Shown: one piece after another, positions 58,547 through 64,000 of the stretch
Position numbering within the stretch: the first letter of the stretch is position 1
How the letters are laid out: every line of letters begins with the position of its first letter
DNA from: Candidatus Bathyarchaeota archaeon
GTDB lineage: Archaea > Thermoproteota > Bathyarchaeia > TCS64
Assembly (NCBI GenBank): GCA_963769425.1
Contig: CAVYLP010000003.1
Location: 288,001 to 352,000 of the forward strand
Reading direction: 5' to 3'
DNA: 64,000 bases
Program-made: the position numbers and the translations under genes
The notes under the pieces: generated by a model
Seen by the model: only the letters and a program-made list of their open reading frames with translations
The model's database searches: none
What the model was told of the DNA's origin: nothing

Positions 58547-59863
58547 TTGCTGCTCCACATCGGAATCGATGACACCGACTCCCCCGAGGGCGGCTGCACG
58601 ACCTATATCGCTGCGCTCTTAGTAGAGCAGCTAGAGGATATGGGGTGTAGGTTTATCGATTACCCGAACCTTCTGAGGCTAAACCCCAACGCGCCCTGGA
58701 AGACGAGGGGAAACGGGGCGATCTGTCTCCGCTTGGAGGCCCCCGAGGGAAGGGAATCCGAGATCAAAAAAGCAGTCATAGATGTGGTCGAGGCAAACGC
58801 TGAGTTTCGGTGTGATAACACGAACCCTGGCGTCGTCTTCCACGTTGGCGAAGTCCCAGCCGAGTTGAAGGAATTCTACATAGATGTCGTCCAAACTATA
58901 GTCCATCTCGAGGACGCGGAGCGTCTGATTACTGAATACTCCGCGTCCGCGGTGGCGTGGAAGAATAGGAGGGGTCTCATCGGCGCGCTGGCCGCGGTCG
59001 GGGGCACGTTAGAGGGGGATCACACGTATGAGCTGCTCACCTACAGGGTGGCGGAAAACAGAGGCACAACGAGAGTTATTGACGGCGACTCGGTGAGGAG
59101 AATCGAGGCGACCAAAGGAGACACGTTCAATAGCGTTGACCCCGAGACGGGGCAAGTGCTTATCGCCCCCCGTGGCCCAGACCCGGTTCTCTATGGCGTA
59201 AGGGGGGAGACCAGTTCATCAGTCCTCTCGGCTATGAGGGGGATAATCGTCGGGGAACCTGTCGAGAGGTGGGTTATCTTCCGAACCAACCAGGGTACCG
59301 ACGCTCACCTTGCACGAGCATACCGGATATCTGAGCTAAAGCCACGCTACCCATCCATCGTTACGGGCATCGTCGAGGGAGGATGCAGGATCATCGAGGG
59401 GGGCCACGTCATCTTCACCATAGGGGATGGCTCCGGGAGCCTGGATTGCGCGGCCTATGAGCCATCCGGGGGCTTCAGGGAAGTGTCCATGAGGCTCAGG
59501 GCCGGTGACGAGATCAGGGTGGCTGGCGGCGTCAGGGAGACCGTTTTTGGGATCACGCTCAATTTAGAGAGGCTTGAGGTCCTGACCATGGAATCCGAGC
59601 AGAGGTTTGTTAATCCCCGCTGCCCAGAGTGCGGGGGACCCACAGAGTCCATGGGGAAGGGGCAAGGGCTCCGGTGCAAGATGTGTGGCTACAGGGGAGC
59701 TGATCTGGTGAGGGTATCCCAGGAGGTTCCGCGGGAGATCAAGCCGGGGCTCTACCTCCCACCACCCAGGGCAGAGAGACATCTTACCAAGCCCCTGAAG
59801 AGGTATGGTAAAGAAAAGAAGGGAGTCACGACCCGAATCGAGGCCCCCTGGCACGGAGAGTAA
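58547..59863 (+). CDS. tiaS: tRNA(Ile2) 2-agmatinylcytidine synthetase
   Basis: IGIDDTDS, GGCTT, PWKTRGNG, TNQGTD, CPECG...CKMCG, RHLTKP. Confidence 0.95.
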   Translation: MLLHIGIDDTDSPEGGCTTYIAALLVEQLEDMGCRFIDYPNLLRLNPNAPWKTRGNGAICLRLEAPEGRESEIKKAVIDVVEANAEFRCDNTNPGVVFHVGEVPAELKEFYIDVVQTIVHLEDAERLITEYSASAVAWKNRRGLIGALAAVGGTLEGDHTYELLTYRVAENRGTTRVIDGDSVRRIEATKGDTFNSVDPETGQVLIAPRGPDPVLYGVRGETSSSVLSAMRGIIVGEPVERWVIFRTNQGTDAHLARAYRISELKPRYPSIVTGIVEGGCRIIEGGHVIFTIGDGSGSLDCAAYEPSGGFREVSMRLRAGDEIRVAGGVRETVFGITLNLERLEVLTMESEQRFVNPRCPECGGPTESMGKGQGLRCKMCGYRGADLVRVSQEVPREIKPGLYLPPPRAERHLTKPLKRYGKEKKGVTTRIEAPWHGE

Positions 59864-59973
59864 TTATACTTCTTATGGTGTCGCGACCATGCTCGACGAT
59901 TATCATGAAAATTGAACTAAGACGCATTACATTCTGGATCAGGCTTTAATTTTCCAGAACCTTCTCCACCTAT

Positions 59974-60141
59974 ATGCAGAAACCAAAGTGCCCAAAATGC
60001 GGCTCCGAGGACCTCGAAGACGACATGATAACCATATACGGGATCTGGGGGGAGCTCGTGGACACGGAGCAAGTTAAGAAGTGTAAGAGGTGCGGGGAAG
60101 TGATCAGGGAGGGTGAGAAGCATGAAGACGAGTCTACCTAA
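59974..60141 (+). CDS. Small CPxCG zinc-finger protein (55 aa)
   Basis: Manual translation MQKPKCPKCGSEDL...KCKRCGEV... Confidence 0.6.
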   Translation: MQKPKCPKCGSEDLEDDMITIYGIWGELVDTEQVKKCKRCGEVIREGEKHEDEST

Positions 60142-60225
60142 GGAGAGGTACAGCCAGGCCGGACCGATAGCGCCAACCGTGATGGTTACCTGCGTTGAAT
60201 TATCTGGGAAGGCGAATATAATCAG
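60122..60225 (+). pseudogene. N-terminal fragment of a flavin reductase paralog
   Basis: QAGPIAPTVMVTC...GKANII mirrors the N-terminus of the 60345 gene, then diverges. Confidence 0.7.
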
Positions 60226-60344
60226 ATTCTGTTTTTATAGATTCCGAAAATCACTTTTCAGATATAATTTGTATCCAAAAGATCAGGCATCTAGATTCGG
60301 CTTCTGAGCTAATATTTTTAATCTGTTAGATCCACGAACATCTC

Positions 60345-60878
60345 ATGTCCAAGGTTGAGTTGCGTAAGGATAAGATGCTGCAGGCTGGACCTGCAGGGAA
60401 CATCGTAATGGTAACGTGTTGCGATAAAAACGGTCGAGCAAACATCATCACGGCTGGCATGTATATGCCAATCAGTAGCAACCCGCCTCAAGTATGCATA
60501 GGCATCGCGCCTGAGAGATATAGCCACAACTTGATTCTAGAACAGGGAGAGTTTGTAGTCAACTCACCAAGTATTACGTTGAAAGAGAAGATGCATTTAT
60601 GCGGAATCAAGTCGGGGAGAGACATTGACAAGTTCAAGGAGTTCGGGTTGACTCCGATCCCCGCGAGAAAGGTCAGGCCTCCACTAATCAAGGAGTGCTT
60701 TGGACATATCGAGTGTGAAGTAGTCAACCGCGTTATCTGCGGCGACCATACGCTCTTTGTTGGACAGGTTGTATCAGCCACAGCAGACAAGGAAGTGTTA
60801 GATGGCGGGAACCTTGATGTTTTGAAGGCTCAGCCGATAATTCAGAAGAATCACTTGTATTATACGATAAAGTCTTAA
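60345..60878 (+). CDS. Flavin reductase-like (flavoredoxin) protein
   Basis: GEFVVN, CGIKSGRDIDKF, PPLIKEC, GDHTLFVG. Confidence 0.9.
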   Translation: MSKVELRKDKMLQAGPAGNIVMVTCCDKNGRANIITAGMYMPISSNPPQVCIGIAPERYSHNLILEQGEFVVNSPSITLKEKMHLCGIKSGRDIDKFKEFGLTPIPARKVRPPLIKECFGHIECEVVNRVICGDHTLFVGQVVSATADKEVLDGGNLDVLKAQPIIQKNHLYYTIKS

Positions 60879-60974
60879 CAGTTCATTAAAATGGGGTAAA
60901 AAGGCAGGAAGTTGGGTACCAACCCGCAATCCTGTGCAAATACTCGCGAACACTTATGGGTAGAGCAGGAAAAA

Positions 60975-61199
60975 TTACCCCTCATATTCATCAGGCAACT
61001 GTCTGGAAAGGTCACCGATATCGTCATTTGGACCATAACTTCTCGCATGGAATTGTAATGGTCTTGATCTCTCAACAATGTGACCACATGAGGGACATCT
61101 CCACCTCATCGTGTCCTCTCCAGTCCAATTGATTCCTACAAATATCCGATTTTCTTGATGCGACCACGTAGTTTTACATTGCCTGCAGATGACCTTCAT
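60975..61199 (-). CDS. Small zinc-ribbon protein
   Basis: CRQC...CPSCG. Confidence 0.55.
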   Translation of the reverse strand: MKVICRQCKTTWSHQENRIFVGINWTGEDTMRWRCPSCGHIVERSRPLQFHARSYGPNDDIGDLSRQLPDEYEG

Positions 61200-61316
61200 C
61201 TAATCACAGTTATAGTTAGTATGATGTGATAATAAGATTTCTCTACTTTACCTAAAAATACATCTCTCGGATACAAGAGTTGGAAAAACTTGATGAAGAG
61301 TAAATAATTATGCGCG

Positions 61317-61821
61317 CCGCCTCGTCTCTTTATTGATTAATACCGGTTCTAAACGGTCATAACCCTCATCTTCATGGCTGAGAGGACTCCCTGAACGTCC
61401 TCCCTGAGGCTCACTTCCCCCCGCTTGCCACGATGTTTCCCCATAAGTGGTAACCACTAATAAGGTGTTTCCACGTGGACACCCTTCACACCGATGAATG
61501 AACACATCCAAACCGGGTTACGCCTCCGATTGAACGGCGTCCACTCAACCCGCCTCTATTCACATCGTTCAATGAACCGCGATCCACGCCCTTCAATGGG
61601 TGTTGAAGGCACACGGAATGCAACGGTTTTCAATAGATATTCAACGGTTTTCAACGCGTTTCAGATGGTTCCGGCGACGCGTCCCCGACGACTCCGCTAT
61701 ATATAGCTGAATATATGGAACAGGATCTCGATGAAAGAAGGGTCCATTTTAGTGTCTTATTTAGCGTAATTGTGTTTAGGATAATTTTAGACCGTCTATT
61801 ATCAATCTAGGGACAAGGCAG
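61317..61821. mobile_element. MITE-like or deleted relative of the 39488 IS
   Basis: ATCAATCTAGGGACAAGGCAG (61801-61821) matches the IS end 20/21; degenerate opposite TIR at 61317-61337 (16/21); CG-repeat flanks. Confidence 0.6.
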
Positions 61822-61881
61822 CGCGCACTCGAAGGACTCTATTTATTTGCACGGGTTTCACCATGTTACCTCATAGCATCC

Positions 61882-62484
61882 ATGTTGGGTCTCTCAAGCA
61901 TCTGGCGTGCTCTCAAACGGGCGAGACCGGCGATCCTCTCGATCGCCGTTTTATACGTTCTGTCTCTCCTCGTCGGCGCCGTCATGGTGCAGACCGGGTA
62001 CCAGCCGTCGCTGGCATACAGGGATTACATCGTCTCTAGAGCCCAGAGCGACCCGACGCTGATAGCGTTGAACAGCGGCGACAGGCTCGGCGCGGCGTTG
62101 AGGGACTTTTACGGGAACCTTGTCCTCGGGGCTGTGCCGAATACCCTCGGCGGACTCGGCGTCGTCTTCCCTTACCCCCTCGTTGCGTATCAGGGTTGGA
62201 TCGGTGGCATAGTCTCGGTGAACAGCGCCCACGTCAGCAGGCTGGCCACTTTCTCTGGAGGCTTTTACTACCTCGCGACCCTCGTGCTCCAACTCGTGCC
62301 CTACTCCCTGGCTGCGGGCGCCGGGGTCAATCTCGGGTTATCTCTTTGGCGTAAACAAACGTATTACGAGGGGGAGCGCTGGCTTGGTTTCCCGAGGGAG
62401 GCCGTGCTAGATGTTCTTAGGATATACGCGCTAGTCGTCCCCCTGTTCCTGGTCGCCTCCCTCTGGGAGTTCCTAGCAGTGTAA
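61882..62484 (+). CDS. SpoIIM-like membrane protein
   Basis: Multi-TM; C-terminal LFLVASLWE. Confidence 0.7.
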   Translation: MLGLSSIWRALKRARPAILSIAVLYVLSLLVGAVMVQTGYQPSLAYRDYIVSRAQSDPTLIALNSGDRLGAALRDFYGNLVLGAVPNTLGGLGVVFPYPLVAYQGWIGGIVSVNSAHVSRLATFSGGFYYLATLVLQLVPYSLAAGAGVNLGLSLWRKQTYYEGERWLGFPREAVLDVLRIYALVVPLFLVASLWEFLAV

Positions 62485-62514
62485 AAATAAGGCACGAAAA
62501 AGGGGTTAGTTGCG

Positions 62515-62882
62515 CATCAGGGAGCAGGGAGAGTTCGTCGTCAATTCTCCCGGCATTGGGATTTGCGGATAAGATGCACGTCTGCGGGGTGAAGTCGGGG
62601 AAGGACGTCGATAAGTGGAGGGAAGCAGGGCCGACGCCATTCCCGCGCAAGAAGGTGAGGCCGCTACTCATCGAAGAGTGCTAAGGGCACATCGAGTGTG
62701 AGGTCGTGAACATGGTTACCTGCGGAGACCACACACTTTTTGTTGGGGAAGTTGTGGCCGCTAGAATAGACGAAGACTGTCTAAAGGCTGGTAAGCAAGA
62801 CCTCGAGAAGGCTAAGCCTATGGCCAAGAAGAACTGGGATTACCACACTCTGAGAAAACAGCCTCTCACCAACCTCAAATAA
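62515..62882 (+). pseudogene. C-terminal fragment of a flavin reductase paralog with internal stop
   Basis: EQGEFVVNSP...KMHVCGVKSGKDVDK...EEC*GHIECEV...GDHTLFVG. Confidence 0.75.
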
Positions 62883-62901
62883 GCAGAAACCCCGTCTAAC
62901 C

Positions 62902-63786
62902 TTGATCGAATTGGGTAACCCATTCTTTATCGTAGACGTCTTCGCGGAAGCGAAGCTGGAGGGCAACCAGCTGGCTGTGGTCGTCGAGGGGGAGGGTTGG
63001 TCGACGGAGAAGATGCAGAGGTTCGCTAAGGAGATGAACTTCAGCGAGTCGACCTTCATCACCGGGTCGGATCTAGTTAAGAGGGTCTTCAAGGTCCGAA
63101 TCTTTACACCCGTTGGGGAGCTCCCGTTCGCGGGTCACCCGACACTAGGCACAGCCTACGTGGCGGCTAAGGAGTTATTGAAGAGAGACGTATCCGACCT
63201 CACCCTGGACATGAAGGCGGGGATGATACCTGTAACGTTCCAGATGGCTTCAGACGGGCAGCCGCTTCTGTGGATGAAGCAGCTCAACCCTGAGTTCGGG
63301 GCTACCCATAAAGCGGAGGACATCGCCCCCCTGTTCCACCTAAACACCAATGACATTGATACTCGATTCCCCATCCAAGAGGTCTCCACGGGGGTCTGGT
63401 TCTACATGGTCCCGCTCAAGACCCGGGAGGCGCTGAAGAGGATCAAGCTCGAGGCCGAGAAGTTCAAGGCGTACTCGTCAGACAAGAAAGCGAAGTGGCC
63501 TCTCCTATTCTGCGCCGAACCCGAGGCGAAGGGCAATCACCTGAAGGCGCGGATGGTCACCGACTGGACGGAGGACCCGGCGACGGGAAGCGCCAACGGG
63601 TGTCTCGCCGGGTACCTCGTGAAGCATAGGTACTTCGGCACATCGAAGATCGATATCCGCGTCGAGCAAGGCGCCGAGATAGGCCGCCCAAGCTTGCTCT
63701 ACCTCAGGGCTGAGGAGGTGAAGGGGGGCGTAGACGTCAGGGTCGGGGGTAAAGTTGCGATGGTCACCCGGGGAGAATTAGTTTAA
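62902..63786 (+). CDS. PhzF family isomerase/epimerase
   Basis: VDVF...GNQLAV, NFSESTF, ELPFAGHPTLG, EDPATGS. Confidence 0.92.
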   Translation: MIELGNPFFIVDVFAEAKLEGNQLAVVVEGEGWSTEKMQRFAKEMNFSESTFITGSDLVKRVFKVRIFTPVGELPFAGHPTLGTAYVAAKELLKRDVSDLTLDMKAGMIPVTFQMASDGQPLLWMKQLNPEFGATHKAEDIAPLFHLNTNDIDTRFPIQEVSTGVWFYMVPLKTREALKRIKLEAEKFKAYSSDKKAKWPLLFCAEPEAKGNHLKARMVTDWTEDPATGSANGCLAGYLVKHRYFGTSKIDIRVEQGAEIGRPSLLYLRAEEVKGGVDVRVGGKVAMVTRGELV

Positions 63787-63810
63787 CAGCTGACTATCTC
63801 ATAATTCTGA

Positions 63811-63999
63811 TTAATACCAGCCGAGTGTTCCTTCACGCTTTGAGCGGTTGACTCCCCACCAGAAGACTTTGTACCCTAGGGGGAGGATGACGATGGCGAA
63901 GACCGTTCCTTTTAGGAATTCTATTATGATCGTTGGATCAGTCATCGAGGGGTTGGTTAGCATCGCGACCCTCCAGAGGTGGTAGACCCAAGTCTGGGG
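63811..63999 (-). CDS. C-terminus of probable ABC-2 type permease (runs off window)
   Basis: PQTW...TM helix...RSKREGTLGWY*. Confidence 0.55.
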   Translation of the reverse strand, partial: PQTWVYHLWRVAMLTNPSMTDPTIIIEFLKGTVFAIVILPLGYKVFWWGVNRSKREGTLGWY

Positions 64000-64000
64000 T

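Overview
Archaeal chromosomal segment. TiaS, archaeal ATP-dependent DNA ligase, ThiD-ThiN, ThiR, thiolase/DUF35 and a peptide/acyl-CoA catabolic gene set suggest Bathyarchaeia/TACK (inference). About 1-29 kb is GC-rich housekeeping and catabolic genes, with a phased ~22-bp palindrome array at 2.5-2.7 kb and a cluster of probable sequencing frameshifts at 13-18 kb. About 29-51 kb and 55.7-62.9 kb are mosaic accessory regions. The top finding is a nested mobile-element pair at 39.5-42.1 kb. A DDE insertion sequence with 18-bp TIRs sits in a 7-bp ACGCGCG target duplication. An intact IS110-family recombinase element has inserted into that duplication at a CG core. Its 5' non-coding region folds into two parallel internal-loop hairpins (bridge-RNA-like). 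One loop matches the host IS end plus the (CG)n target and the other matches the IS110's own ends, so it appears to be an RNA-guided element programmed to target another IS. Alternating purine-pyrimidine tracts such as GCGCGC and GCACGTGC mark many gene-block junctions and truncation points across the accessory region, and a MITE-like relative of the host IS lies at 61.3-61.8 kb. A second highlight is a thiamine locus with an archaeal TPP riboswitch, ThiR with candidate operators, a candidate ThiM-replacing P-loop kinase, and an APC permease/nucleotidyltransferase/metallophosphoesterase module. All calls were made by eye from sequence motifs; no database searches were run.
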